Shown: positions 26,901-41,280 of the stretch, piece by piece | Layout of the letters: the number at the start of each line of letters is the position of its first letter | How positions within the stretch are numbered: the stretch's first letter is position 1 | NCBI GenBank assembly: GCA_043228905.1 | Contig: JBHGNT010000010.1 | Coordinates: forward strand, 310,001-374,000 | Length of the DNA: 64,000 bases | From: Azolla caroliniana | Lineage: Eukaryota > Plantae > Polypodiophyta | Reading direction: 5' to 3' | Made by a program: the position numbers and the translations under genes | The notes under the pieces: generated by a model | Databases searched by the model: none | What the model was told of the DNA's origin: nothing | The model's input: only the letters and a program-made list of their open reading frames with translations

Positions 26901-27300
26901 CTCCCTCTTCAAATTTGGTAATTTCTTCATGTCTCTCGACCTGAGTTTCAAAATCTTGATTGTTTAATTCCATATCATAGGTAGCGTTGTTAGCTTCGAT
27001 TCGCATGTTTGAACACAGAAATCCGGGATCACACGAGCTGGGTATGAACATTTTAATTTATTCACGCGCTCTTCTCAACTCCCTCCTCAAATTTGGTAAT
27101 TTCTTCATGTCTCTCGACCTGAGTTTCAAAATCTTGATTTTTTAATTCTATATCATAGCTAGCATTGTTAGCTTCGATTCGTATCTTTGAACACAAAAAT
27201 CCGGGATCACACGAGCCAGGTATGAACATTTTAATTTACTCACGCGCTCTTCTCAACTCCCTCCTCAAATTTGGTAGTTTCTTCATGTCTCTCGACCTGA
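23940..27300 (+). repeat. 13-monomer duplication (offset 2,312 = 13x178-2)
   Basis: ctttaaacac at 24521/26833 and acgagctggg at 24721/27033. Two 177-bp monomers (aattactcatgcgc) lie between the copies. Confidence 0.8.
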
Positions 27301-27925
27301 GTTTCAAAATCTTGATTTTTTAATTCCATATCATAGGTAGCGTTGTTAGCTTCGAATCGCATGTTTGAACACAAAAATCCGATATCACATGGGCCAGGTA
27401 TGAACATTTTAATTTACTCACGGGCTCTGCTCAACTCCCTCTTCTAACTTGCCAATTTCTTCATGTCTCTCGACCTGAGTTTCAAAATCTTGATTTTTCA
27501 ATTCCATATCATAGGTAGTGTTGTTAGCTTCGATTCGCATCTTTGACACAAAAATCTGGTATCACACGAGCCAGGTATGAAAATTTTAATTTACTCACGC
27601 GCTCTTCTCAACTCCCTCGTCAAATTTGGTAATTTCTTCATGTCTCTCGACCTGAGTTTCAAAATCTTGATTTTTTAATTCTATATCATAGCTAGTGTTG
27701 TTAGCTTCGATTCGTATCTTTGAACACAAAAATCTGGTATCACACGAGCCAGGTATGAACATTTTAAATTAGTCACGGGCTCTTCTCAACTCCCTCCTCA
27801 AATTTGGTAATTTCTTCATGTCTCTCGCCCTGAGTTTCAAAATCTTGATTTTTTAATTCCATATCTTAGGTAGCATTGTGAGCTTCGAATCGCAAGTTTG
27901 AACACAAAAATCCGAGATCACACGA

Positions 27926-27997
27926 GCCAAGTATGAACATTTTAATTTACTCACGGGCTCTTCTCAACTCCCTCTTCTAAATTGCCAATTTCTTCTT
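27926..27997 (+). repeat. 72-bp truncated monomer (net 106-bp deletion); 5 copies, junctions at ~27998, 31064, 35871, 38401, 42174
   Basis: The junction ttgccaatttcttc-ttgccaggtatgaaaatttt is seen at all five positions. Confidence 0.92.
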
Positions 27998-28917
27998 GCC
28001 AGGTATGAAAATTTTAAATTAGTCACGGGCTCCTCTCAACTCCCTCCTCAAATTTGGTAATTTCTTCATGTCTCTCGCCCTGAGTTTCAAAATCTTGATT
28101 TTTTAATTCTATATCATAGGTAGCGTTGTTAGCTTCGAATCGCATGTTTGAACACAAAAATCCGGGATCACACGAGCCAGGTATGAACATTTTAATTTAC
28201 TCACGCGCTCTTCTCAACTCCCTCCTCAAATTTGGTAATTGCTTCATGTCTCTCGACCTGAGTTTCAAAATCTTGATTTTTTTATTCTATATCATAGGTA
28301 GCGTTGTTAGCTTCGATTCGCAAGTTTGAACACAAAAATCCGAGATCACACGAGCCAGGTATGAACATTTTAATTACTCACGGGCTCCTCTCAACTCCCT
28401 CCTAAAATTTGGTAATTTCTTCATGTCTCTCGACCTGAGTTTCAAAATCTTGATTTTTTAATTCCATATCATAGGTAGCGTTTTTACCTTCGATTCGCAT
28501 GTTTGAACACAAAAATCCGATATCACATGGGCCAGGTATGAACATTTTAATTTACTCACGGGCTCTTCTCAACTCCCTCTTCTAACTTGCCAATTTCTTC
28601 ATGTCTCTCGACCTAAGTTTCAAAATCTTGATTTTTTAATTCCATATCATAGGTAGCGTTGTTAGCTTCGATTCGCATGTTTGAACACAGAAATCCGGGA
28701 TCACACGAGCCAGGTATGAACATTTTAATTTACTCACGGGCTCCTCTCAACTCCTTCTTCTAACTTGCCAATTTCTTCATGTCTCTCGACCTGAGTTTCA
28801 AAATCTTGATTTTTTTATTCCATATCATAGGTAGCGTTCTTAGCTTCGAATCCCATGTTTGAACACAAAAATCCGGGATCACACGAGCCAGGTATGAACA
28901 TTTTAATTTACTCACGC

Positions 28918-29213
28918 GCTCTTCTCAACTCCCTCTTCAAATTTGGTAATTGCTTCATGTCTCTCGACCTGAGTTTCAAAATCTTGATTTTTTTATTCTA
29001 TATCATAGGTAGCGTTGTTAGCTTCGAATCACATGTTTAAACACAAAAATCCAGGATCACACGAGCTCTTCTCAACTCCCTCTTCAAATTTGGTAATTGC
29101 TTCATGTCTCTCGACCTGAGTTTCAAAATCTTGATTTTTTTATTCTATATCATAGGTAGCGTTGTTAGCTTCGAATCACATGTTTAAACACAAAAATCCA
29201 GGATCACACGAGC
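28918..29213 (+). repeat. 147-bp tandem duplication (monomer lacking 31 bp)
   Basis: The junction cacacgagc|tcttctc lies at ~29066. The segments from 28921 and 29068 are identical, including the gtttaaacac variant. Confidence 0.9.
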
Positions 29214-32200
29214 CAGGTATGAACATTTTAATTTACTCACGGGCTCCTCTCAACTCCCTCCTCAAATTTGATAATTTCTTCATGTCTCTCGACCTGAGTT
29301 TCAATATCTTGATTTTTTAATTCCATATCATAGGTAGCGTTGTTAGCTTCGATTCGCATGTTTGAACACAGAAATCCGGGATCACACGAGCCAGGTATGA
29401 ACATTTTAATTTATTCACGCGCTCTTCTCAACTCCCTCCTCAAATTTGGTAATTTCTTCATGTCTCTCGACCTGAGTTTCAAAATCTTGATTTTTTAATT
29501 CTATATCATAGCTAGCATTGTTAGCTTCAATTCGTATCTTTGAACACAAAAATCCGGGATCACACGAGCCAGGTATGAACATTTTAATTTACTCACGCGC
29601 TCTTCTCAACTCCCTCCTCAAATTTGGTAATTTCTTCATGTCTCTCGACCTGAGTTTCAAAATCTTGATTTTTTAATTCCATATCTTAGGTAGCGTTGTT
29701 AGCTTCGATTCGCATCTTTGAACACAAAAATCCGGGATCACACGAGCCAGGTATGAACATTTTAAATTACTCACGGGGTCTTCTCAACTCCCTCCTCAAA
29801 TTTGGTAATTTCTTCATGTCTCTCGACCTGAGTTTCTAAATCTTGATTTTTTAATTCCATATCTTAGGCAGCGTTGTTAGCTTCGAATCGCATGTTTGAA
29901 CACAAAAATCCGAGATCACACGAGCCAGGTATGAACATTTTAAATTAGTCACGGGCTCTTCTCAACTCCCTCCTCAAATTTGGTAATTTCTTCATGTCTC
30001 TCGACCTGAGTTTCAAAATCTTGATTTTTTAATTCCATATCATAGGTAGCGTTGTTAGCTTCGATTCGCATGTTTGAACACAGAAATCCGGGATCACACG
30101 AGCCAGGTATGAACATTTTAATTTATTCACGCGCTCTTCTCAACTCCCTCCTCAAATTTGGTAATTTCTTCATGTCTCTCGACCTGAGTTTCAAAATCTT
30201 GATTTTTTAATTCTATATCATAGCTAGCATTGTTAGCTTCGATTCGTATCTTTGAACACAAAAATCCGGGATCACACGAGCCAGGTATGAACATTTTAAT
30301 TTACTCACGGGCTCCTCTCAACTCCTTCTTCTAACTTGTTACTTTCTTCATGTCTCTCGACCTGAGTTTCAAAATCTTGATTTTTTAATTCCATATCATA
30401 GGTAGCGTTGTTAGGTTCGATTCGCAGCTTTGAACACAAAAATCCGGGATCACACGAGCCAGGTATGAACATTTTAATTTACTCACGCGCTCTTCTCAAC
30501 TCCCTCTTCAAATTTGGTAATTTCTTCATGTCTCTCGACCTGAGTTTCAAAATCTTGATTGTTTAATTCCATATCATAGGTAGCGTTGTTAGCTTCGAAT
30601 CGCATGTTTGAACACAAAAATCCGATATCACATGCGCCAGGTATGAACATTTTAATTTACTCACGGGCTCTTCTCAACTCCCTCTTCTAACTTGCCAATT
30701 TCTTCATGTCTCTCGACCTGAGTTTCAAAATCTTGATTTTTTAATTCCATATCATAGGTAGCGTTGTTAGCTTCGATTCGCATGTTTGAACACAGAAATC
30801 CGGGATCACACGAGCCAGGTATGAACATTTTAAATTAGTCACGGGCTCTTCTCAACTCCCTCCTCAAATTTGGTAATTTCTTCATGTCTCTCGCCCTGAG
30901 TTTTAAAATCTTGATTTTTTAATTCCATATCTTAGGTAGCATTGTGAGCTTCGAATCGCAAGTTTTAACACAAAAATCCGAGATCACACGAGCCAAGTAT
31001 GAACATTTTAATTTACTCACGGGCTCTTCTCAACTCCCTCTTCTGAATTGCCAATTTCTTCTTGCCAGGTATGAAAATTTTAAATTAGTCACGGGCTCTT
31101 CTCAACTCCCTCCTCAAATTTGGTAATTTCTTCATGTTTCTCGCCCTGAGTTTCAAAATCTTGATTTTTTAATTCTATATCATAGGTAGCGTTGTTAGCT
31201 TCGAATCGCATGTTTGAACACAAAAATCCGATATCACATGGGCCAGGTATGAACATTTTAATTTACTCACGGGCTCTTCTCAACTCCTTCTTCTAACTTG
31301 CCAATTTCTTCATGTCTCTCGACGTGAGTTTCAAAATCTTGATTTTTTAATTCCATATCTTAGGTATCGTTGTTAGCTTCGATTCGCATGTTTGAACACA
31401 GAAATCCGGGATCACACGAGCCAGGTATGAACATTTTAATTTATTCACGCGCTCTTCTCAACTCCCTCCTCAAATTTGGTAATTTCTTCATGTCTCTCGA
31501 GCTGAGTTTCAAAATCTTGATTTTTTAATTCCATATCATAGGTAGCGTTCTTTGCTTCGATTCGCATGTTTCAACAAAGAAATCCGGGATCACACGAGCC
31601 AGGTATGAACATTTTAATTTACTTACGGGCTCTTCTCAACTCCCTCCTCAAATTTGGTAATTTCTTCATGTCTCTTGACCTGAGTTTCAAAATCTTGATT
31701 TTTTAATTCCATATCCTAGGTAGCGTTGTTAGCTTCGAATCGCAAGTTTGAACACAAAAATCCGAGATCACACGAGCCAGGTATGAACATTTTAAATTAG
31801 TCACGGGCACTTCTCAACTCCCTCCTCAAATTTGGTAATTTCTTCATGTCTCTCGACCTGAGTTTCAAAATCTTGATTTTTTAATTCCATATCATAGGTA
31901 GCGTTATTAGCTTCGATTCGCATGTTTGAACACAGAAATCCGGGATCACACGAGCCAGGTATGAACATTTTAATTTATTCACGCGCTCTTCTCAACTCCC
32001 TCCTCAAATTTGGTAATTTCTTCATGTCTCTCGACCTGAGTTTCAAAATCTTGATTTCTTAATTCTATATCATAGCTAGTGTTGTTAGCTTCGATTCGCA
32101 TCTTTGAACACAAAAATCCGGGATCACACGAGCCAGGTATGAACATTTTAATTTACTCACGGGCTCCTCTCAACCCCTTCTTCTAACTTGCCAATTTCTT

Positions 32201-32881
32201 CATGTCTCTCGACCTGAGTTTCAAAATCTTGATTTTTTAATTCCATATCATAGGTAGCGTTGTTAGCTTCGATTCTCATCTTTGAACACAAAAATCCGGG
32301 ATCACACGAGCCAGGTCTGAACATTTTAATTTACTCACGCGCTCTTCTCAACTCCCTCTTCAAATTTGGTAATTTCTTCATGTCTCTCGACCTGAGTTTC
32401 AAAATCTTGATTGTTTAATTCCATATCATAGGTAGCGTTGTTAGCTTCGAATCACAAGTTTGAACACAAATATCCGGGATCACACGAGCCAGGTCTGAAC
32501 ATTTTAATTCACTCACGCGCTCTTCTCAACTCCCTCTTCAAATTTGGTAATTTCTTCATGTCTCTCGACCTGAGTTTCAAAATCTTGATTGTTTAATTCC
32601 ATATCATAGGTAGCGTTGTTAGCTTCGATTCGCAAGTTTGAACACAAAAATCCGAGATCACACGAGCCAGGTATGAACATTTTAATTACTCATGCGCTCT
32701 TCTCAACTCCCTCCTAAAATTTTGTAATTTCTTCATGTCTCTCGACCTGAGTTTCAAAATCTTGATTTTTTAATTCCAGGTATGAACATTTTAATTTACT
32801 CACGGGCTCCTCTCAACTCCTTCTTCTAACTTGCCAATTTCTTCATGTCTCTCGACCTGAGTTTCAAAATCTTGATTTTTT

Positions 32882-35800
32882 AACTCCATATCATAGGTAG
32901 CGTTGTTAGCTTCGATTCGCAAGTTTGAACACAAAAATCCGAGATCACACGAGCCAGGTATGAACATTTTAATTACTCATGCGCTCTTCTCAACTCCCTC
33001 TTCAAATTTGGTAATTTCTTCATGTCTCTCGACCTGAGTTTCAAAATCTTGATTTTTTAATTCCATATCATAGGTAGCGTTGTTAGCTTCGAATCACATG
33101 TTTGAACACAAAAATCCAGGATCACACGAGCCAGGTATGAACATTTTAATTTACTCACGGGCTCCTCTCAACTCCCTCCTCAAATTTGGTAATTTCTTCA
33201 TGTCTCTCGACCTGAGTTTCAATATCTTGATTTTTTAATTCCATATCTTAGGTAGCGTTGTTAGCTTCGATTCGCAAGTTTGAACACAAAAATCCGATAT
33301 CACATGGGCCAGGTATGAACATTTTAATTTACTCACGGGCTCCTCTCAACCCCTTCTTCTAACTTGCCAATTTCTTCATGTCTCTCGACCTGAGTTTAAA
33401 AATCTTGATTTTTTAATTCCATATCATAGGTAGCGTTGTTAGCTTCGATTCGCATCTTTGAACACAAAAATCCGGGATCACACGAGCCAGGTATGAACAT
33501 TTTAATTCACTCACGCGCTATTCTCAACTCCCTCTTCAAATTTGGTAATTTCTTCATGTCTCTCGACCTGAGTTTCAAAATCTTGATTGTTTAATTCCAT
33601 ATCATAGGTAGCGTTGTTAGCTTCGATTCGCAAGTTTGAACACAAAAATCCGAGATCACACGAGCCAGGTATGAACATTTTAATTACTCATGCGCTCTTC
33701 TCAACTCCCTCCTAAAATTTGGTAATTTCTTCATGTCTCTCGACCTGAGTTTCAAAATCTTGATTTTTTAATTCCATATCATAGGTAGCGTGTTTACCTT
33801 CGATTCGCATGTTTGAACACAAAAATCCGATATCACATGGGCCAGGTATGAACATTTTAATTTACTCACGGGCTCTTCTCAACTCCCTCTTCTAACTTGC
33901 CAATTTCTTCATGTCTCTCGACCTAAGTTTCAAAATCTTGATTTTTTAATTCCATATCATAGGTAGCGTTGTTAGCTTCGATTCGCATGTTTGAACACAG
34001 AAATCCGGGATCACACGAGCCAGGTATGAACATTTTAATTTACTCACGGGCTCCTCTCAACTCCTTCTTCTAACTTGCCAATTTCTTCATGTCTCTCGAC
34101 CTGAGTTTCAAAATCTTGATTTTTTAATTCCATATCATAGGTAGCGTTGTTAGGTTCGATTCGCATCTTTGAACACATAAATCCGGGATCACACGAGCCA
34201 GGTATGAACATTTTAATTTACTCACGCGCTCTTCTCAACTCCCTCTTCTAACTTGCCAATTTCTTCATGTCTCTCGACCTGAGTTTCAAAATCTTGATTT
34301 TTTAATTCCATATCATAGGTAGCGTTGTTAGCTTCGATTCGCATGTTTGAACACAGAAATCCGGGATCACACGAGCCAGGTATGAACATTTTAATTTACT
34401 CACGGGCTCCTCTCAACTCCCTCCTCAAATTTGGTAATTTCTTCATGTCTCTCGACCTGAGTTTCAATATCTTGATTTTTTAATTCCATATCTTAGGTAG
34501 CGTTGTTAGCTTCGAATCGCAAGTTTGAACACAAAAATCCGATATCACATGGGCCAGGTATGAACATTTTAATTTACTCACGGGCTCCTCTCAACCCCTT
34601 CTTCTAACTTGCCAATTTCTTCATGTCTCTCGACCTGAGTTTAAAAATCTTGATTTTTTAATTCCATATCATAGGTAGCGTTGTTAGCTTCGATTCGCAT
34701 CTTTGAACACAAAAATCCGGGATCACACGAGCCAGGTATGAACATTTTAATTCACTCACGCGCTCTTCTCAACTCCCTCTTCAAATTTGGTAATTTCTTC
34801 CTGTCTCTCGACCTGAGTTTCAAAATCTTGATTGTTTAATTCCATATCATAGGTAGCGTTGTTAGCTTCGATTCGCATGTTTGAACACAGAAATCCGGGA
34901 TCACACGAGCTGGGTATGAACATTTTAATTTATTCACGCGCTCTTCTCAACTCCCTCCTCAAATTTGGTAATTTCTTCATGTCTCTCGACCTGAGTTTCA
35001 AAATCTTGATTTTTTAATTCTATATCATAGCTAGCATTGTTAGCTTCGATTCGTATCTTTGAACACAAAAATCCGGGATCACACGAGCCAGGTATGAACA
35101 TTTTAATTTACTCACGCGCTCTTCTCAACTCCCTCCTCAAATTTGGTAGTTTCTTCATGTGTCTCGACCTGAGTTTCAAAATCTTGATTTTTTAATTCCA
35201 TATCATAGGTAGCGTTGTTAGCTTCGAATCGCATGTTTGAACACAAAAATCCGATATCACATGGGCCAGGTATGAACATTTTAATTTACTCACGGGCTCT
35301 TCTCAACTCCCTCTTCTAACTTGCCAATTTCTTCATGTCTCTCGACCTGAGTTTCAAAATCTTGATTTTTTAATTCCATATCATAGGTAGTGTTGTTAGC
35401 TTCGATTCGCATCTTTGAACACAAAAATCTGGTATCACACGAGCCAGGTATGAAAATTTTAATTTACTCACGCGCTCTTCTCAACTCCCTCGTCAAATTT
35501 GGTAATTTCTTCATGTCTCTCGACCTGAGTTTCAAAATCTTGATTTTTTAATTCTATATCATAGCTAGTGTTGTTAGCTTCGATTCGTATCTTTGAACAC
35601 AAAAATCTGGTATCACACGAGCCAGGTATGAACATTTTAAATTAGTCACGGGCTCTTCTCAACTCCCTCCTCAAATTTGGTAATTTCTTCATGTCTCTCG
35701 CCCTGAGTTTGAAAATCTTGATTTTTTTATTCCATATCTTAGGTAGCATTGTGAGCTTCGAATCGCAAGTTTGAACACAAAAATCCGAGATCACACGAGC

Positions 35801-36185
35801 CAAGTATGAACATTTTAATTTACTCACGGGCTCTTCTCAACTCCCTCTTCTAAATTGCCAATTTCTTCTTGCCAGGTATGAAAATTTTAAATTAGTCACG
35901 GGCTCCTCTCAACTCCCTCCTCAAATTTGGTAATTTCTTCATGTCTCTCGCCCTGAGTTTCAAAATCTTGATTTTTTAATTCTATATCATAGGTAGCGTT
36001 GTTAGCTTCGAATCGCATGTTTGAACACAAAAATCCGGGATCACACGAGCCAGGTATGAACATTTTAATTTACTCACGCGCTCTTCTCAACTCCCTCCTC
36101 AAATTTGGTAATTGCTTCATGTCTCTCGACCTGAGTTTCAAAATCTTGATTTTTTTATTCTATATCATAGGTAGCGTTGTTAGCT
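32882..36185 (+). repeat. Copy of block ~25010-28310 (offset 7,872/7,873)
   Basis: Shared variants taactcc, cgctattctc, cctaaaattt, gagctggg, ggtagttt and the 72-bp monomer. ORFs 28126/35999. Confidence 0.82.
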
Positions 36186-37184
36186 TCGAATCCCATGTTT
36201 GAACACAAAAATCCGGGATCACACGAGCCAGGTATGAACATTTTAATATACTCACGGGCTCCTCTCAACTCCTTCTTCTAACTTGTTACTTTCTTCATGT
36301 CTTTGGACCTGAGTTTCAAAATCTTGATTTTTTAATTCCATATTATAGGTAGCGTTGTTAGCTTCGATTCGCATGTTTGAACACAGAAATCCGGGATCAC
36401 ACGACCCAGGTATGAACATTTTAATTTATTCACGCGCTCTTCTCAACTCCCTCCTCAAATTTGGTAATTTCTTCATGTCTCTCGACCTGAGTTTCAAAAT
36501 CTTGATTTTTTAATTCTATATCATAGCTAGCATTGTTAGTTTCGATTCGTATCTTTGAACACAAAAATCCGGGATCACACGAGCCAGGTATGAACATTTT
36601 AATTTACTCACGGGCTCCTCTCAACTCCTTCTTCTAACTTGTTACTTTCTTCATGTCTCTCGACCTGAGTTTCAAAATCTTGATTTTTTAATTCCATATC
36701 ATAGGTAGCGTTGTTAGGTTCGATTCGCAGCTTTGAACACAAAAATCCAGGATCACACGAGCCAGGTATGAACATTTTAATTTACTCACGCGCTCTTCTC
36801 AACTCCCTCTTCAAATTTGGTAATTTCTTCATGTCTCTCGACCTGAGTTTCAAAATCTTGATTGTTTAATTCCATATCATAGGTAGCGTTGTTAGCTTCG
36901 AATCGCATGTTTGAACACAAAAATCCGATATCACATGCGCCAGGTATGAACATTTTAATTTACTCACGGGCTCTTCTCAACTCCCTCTTCTAACTTGCCA
37001 ATTTCTTCATGTCTCTCGACCTGAGTTTCAAAATCTTGATTTTTTAACTCCATATCATAGGTAGCGTTGTTAGCTTCGATTCGCATGTTTGAACACAGAA
37101 ATCCGGGATCACACGAGCCAGGTATGAACATTTTAATTTACTCACGGGCTCCTCTCAACTCCTTCTTCTAACTTGCCAATTTCT

Positions 37185-37210
37185 TCATGTCTCTCGAATC
37201 ATAGGTAGCG
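37185..37210 (+). repeat. 34-bp deletion junction (144-bp monomer), also at ~41326
   Basis: gtctctcga|atcatagg lacks cctgagtttcaaaatcttgattttttaattccat. Confidence 0.9.
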
Positions 37211-37584
37211 TTGTTAGCTTCGAATCGCATGTTTGAACACAAAAATCCGATATCACATGGGCCAGGTATGAACATTTTAATTTACTCACGGGCTCTTCTC
37301 AACTCCCTGTTCTAACTTGCCAATTTCTTCATGTCTCTCGACCTGAGTTTCAAGATCTTGATTTTTTAATTCCATATCATAGGTAGTGTTGTTAGCTTCG
37401 ATTCGCATCTTTGAACACAAAAATCTAGTATCACACGAGCCAGGTATGAACATTTTAAATTAGTCACGGGCTCTTCTCAACTCCCTCCTCAAATTTGGTA
37501 ATTTCTTCATGTCTCTCGACCTGAGTTTCAAAATCTTGATTTTTTAATTCCATATCATAGGTAGTGTTGTTAGCTTCGATTCGC

Positions 37585-38904
37585 ATCTTTGAACACAAAA
37601 ATCCGGGATCACACGAGCCAGGTATGAACATTTTAATTTACTCACGCGCTCTTCTCAACTCCCTCCTCAAATTTGGTAGTTTCTTCATGTGTCTCGACCT
37701 GAGTTTCAAAATCTTGATTTTTTAATTCCATATCATAGGTAGCGTTGTTAGCTTCGAATCGCATGTTTGAACACAAAAATCCGATATCACATGGGCCAGG
37801 TATGAACATTTTAATTTACTCACGGGCTCTTCTCAACTCCCTCTTCTAACTTGCCAATTTCTTCATGTCTCTCGACCTGAGTTTCAAAATCTTGATTTTT
37901 TAATTCCATATCATAGGTAGTGTTGTTAGCTTCGATTCCCATCTTTGAACACAAAAATCTGGTATCACACGAGCCAGGTATGAAAATTTTAATTTACTCA
38001 CGCGCTCTTCTCAACTCCCTCGTCAAATTTGGTAATTTCTTCATGTCTCTCGACCTGAGTTTCAAAATCTTGATTTTTTAATTCTATATCATAGCTAGTG
38101 TTGTTAGCTTCGATTCGTATCTTTGAACACAAAAATCTGGTATCACACGAGCCAGGTATGAACATTTTAAATTAGTCACGGGCTCTTCTCAACTCCCTCC
38201 TCAAATTTGGTAATTTCTTCATGTCTCTCGCCCTGAGTTTGAAAATCTTGATTTTTTTATTCCATATCTTAGGTAGCATTGTGAGCTTCGAATCGCAAGT
38301 TTGAACACAAAAATCCGAGATCACACGAGCCAAGTATGAACATTTTAATTTACTCACGGGCTCTTCTCAACTCCCTCTTCTAAATTGCCAATTTCTTCTT
38401 GCCAGGTATGAAAATTTTAAATTAGTCACGGGCTCCTCTCAACTCCCTCCTCAAATTTGGTAATTTCTTCATGTCTCTCGCCCTGAGTTTCAAAATCTTG
38501 ATTTTTTAATTCTATATCATAGGTAGCGTTGTTAGCTTCGAATCGCATGTTTGAACACAGAAATCCGGGATCACACGAGCCAGGTATGAACATTTTAATT
38601 TACTCACGCGCTCTTCTCAACTCCCTCCTCAAATTTGGTAATTGCTTCATGTCTCTCGACCTGAGTTTCAAAATCTTGATTTTTTTATTCTATATCATAG
38701 GTAGCGTTGTTAGCTTCGAATCCCATGTTTGAACACAAAAATCCGGGATCACACGAGCCAGGTATGAACATTTTAATATACTCACGGGCTCCTCTCAACT
38801 CCTTCTTCTAACTTGTTACTTTCTTCATGTCTTTGGACCTGAGTTTCAAAATCTTGATTTTTTAATTCCATATTATAGGTAGCGTTGTTAGCTTCGATTC
38901 GCAT
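37585..38904 (+). repeat. Copy of block ~35055-36374 (offset 2,530 = 13x178+72+144)
   Basis: ORFs 35642/38172 and 35999/38529. The variants atgtgtctcg, ttaatatact and ctttggacct are shared. Confidence 0.88.
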
Positions 38905-39239
38905 CTTTGAACACAAAAATTCGGGATCACACGAGCCAGGTATGAACATTTTAATTTACTCACGCGCTCTTCTCAACTCCCTCTTCAAATTTGGTAATTT
39001 CTTCATGTCTCTCGACCTGAGTTTCAAAGTCTTGATTGTTTAATGCCATATCATAGGTAGCGTTGTTAGGTTCGAATCGCATGTTCGAACACAAAAATCC
39101 GATATCACATGCGCCAGGTATGAACATTTTAATTTACTCACGGGCTCTTCTCAACTCCCTCTTCTAACTTGCCAATTTCTTCATGTCTCTCGACCTGAGT
39201 TTCAAAATCTTGATTTTTTAACTCCATATCATAGGTAGA

Positions 39240-41280
39240 GTTGTTAGCTTCGATTCGCATGTTTGAACACAGAAATCCGGGATCACACGAGCCAGGTATG
39301 AACATTTTGATTTACTCACGGGCTCCTCTCAACTCCTTCTAACTTGCCAATTTCTTCATGTCTCTCGACCTGAGTTTCAAAATCTTGAATTTTTATTTCC
39401 ATATCATAGGTAGCGTTCTTAGCTTCGATTCGCATCTTTGAACACAAAAATCCGGGATCACATGAGCCAGGTATGAACATTTTAATTTACTCACGCGCTC
39501 TTCTCAACTCCCTCTTCAAATTTGGTAATTGCTTCATGTCTCTCGACCTGAGTTTCAAAATCTTGATTTTTTTATTCTATATCATAGGTAGCGTTGTTAG
39601 CTTCGAATCACATGTTTAAACACAAAAATCCAGGATCACACGAGCCAGGTATGAACATTTTAATTTACTCACGGGCTCCTCTCAACTCCCTCCTCAAATT
39701 TGATAATTTCTTCATGTCTCTCGACCTGAGTTTCAATATCTTGATTTTTTAATTCCTTATCATAGGTAGCGTTGTTAGCTTCGATTCGCATGTTTGAACA
39801 CAGAAATCCGGGATCACACGAGCCAGGTATGAACATTTTAATTTATTCACGCGCTCTTCTCAACTCCCTCCTCAAATTTGGTAATTTCTTCATGTCTCTC
39901 GACCTGAGTTTCAAAATCTTGATTTTTTAATTCTATATCATAGCTAGCATTGTTAGCTTCGATTCGTATCTTTGAACACAAAAATCCGGGATCACACGAG
40001 CCAGGTATGAACATTTTAATTTACTCACGCGCTCTTCTCAACTCCCTCCTCAAATTTGGTAATTTCTTCATGTCTCTCGACCTGAGTTTCAAAATCTTGA
40101 TTTTTTAATTCCATATCTTAGGTAGCGTTGTTAGCTTCGATTCGCATCTTTGAACACAAAAATCCGGGATCACACGAGCCAGGTATGAACATTTTAAATT
40201 ACTCACGGGGTCTTCTCAACTCCCTCCTCAAATTTGGTAATTTCTTCATGTCTCTCGACCTGAGTTTCTAAATCTTGATTTTTTAATTCCATATCTTAGG
40301 TAGCGTTGTTACCTTCGAATCGCATGTTTGAACACAAAAATCCGAGATCATACGAGCCAGGTATGAACATTTTAAATTAGTCACGGGCTCTTCTCAACTC
40401 CCTCCTCAAATTTGGTAATTTCTTCATGTCTCTCGACCTGAGTTTCAAAATCTTGATTTTTTAATTCCATATCATAGGTAGCGTTGTTAGCTTCGATTCG
40501 CATGTTTGAACACAGAAATCCGGGATCACACGACCCAGGTATGAACATTTTAATTTATTCACGCGCTCTTCTCAACTCCCTCCTCAAATTTGGTAATTTC
40601 TTCATGTCTCTCGACCTGAGTTTCAAAATCTTGATTTTTTAATTCTATATCATAGCTAGCATTGTTAGCTTCGATTCGTATCTTTGAACACAAAAATCCG
40701 GGATCACACGAGCCAGGTATGAACATTTTAATTTACTCACGGGCTCCTCTCAACTCCTTCTTCTAACTTGTTACTTTCTTCATGTCTCTCGACCTGAGTT
40801 TCAAAATCTTGATTTTTTAATTCCATATCATAGGTAGCGTTGTTAGGTTCGATTCGCAGCTTTGAACACAAAAATCCGGGATCACACGAGCCAGGTATGA
40901 ACATTTTAATTTACTCACGCGCTCTTCTCAACTCCCTCTTCAAATTTGGTAATTTCTTCATGTCTCTCGACCTGAGTTTCAAAATCTTGATTGTTTAATT
41001 CCATATCATAGGTAGCGTTGTTAGCTTCGAATCGCATGTTTGAACACAAAAATCCGATATCACATGCGCCAGGTATGAACATTTTAATTTACTCACGGGC
41101 TCTTCTCAACTCCCTCTTCTAACTTGCCAATTTCTTCATGTCTCTCGACCTGAGTTTCAAAATCTTGATTTTTTAACTCCATATCATAGGTAGCGTTGTT
41201 AGCTTCGATTCGCATGTTTGAACACAGAAATCCGGGATCACACGAGCCAGGTATGAACATTTTAATTTACTCACGGGCTC
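39240..41280 (+). repeat. Copy of block ~28660-30850 (offset 10,579, then 10,432 after the 147-bp duplication)
   Basis: tagcgttctt at 28832/39411, agtttctaaa at 29831/40263 and ttaggttcgattcgcagc at 30411/40843. Confidence 0.8.

Noticed and set aside
28918-29066. 147-bp unit equalling the nucleosome core length
   Set aside because: The length is fixed by the 31-bp spacing of the cacgagc/cacgcgc microhomologies and it occurs once, so it is probably coincidence.
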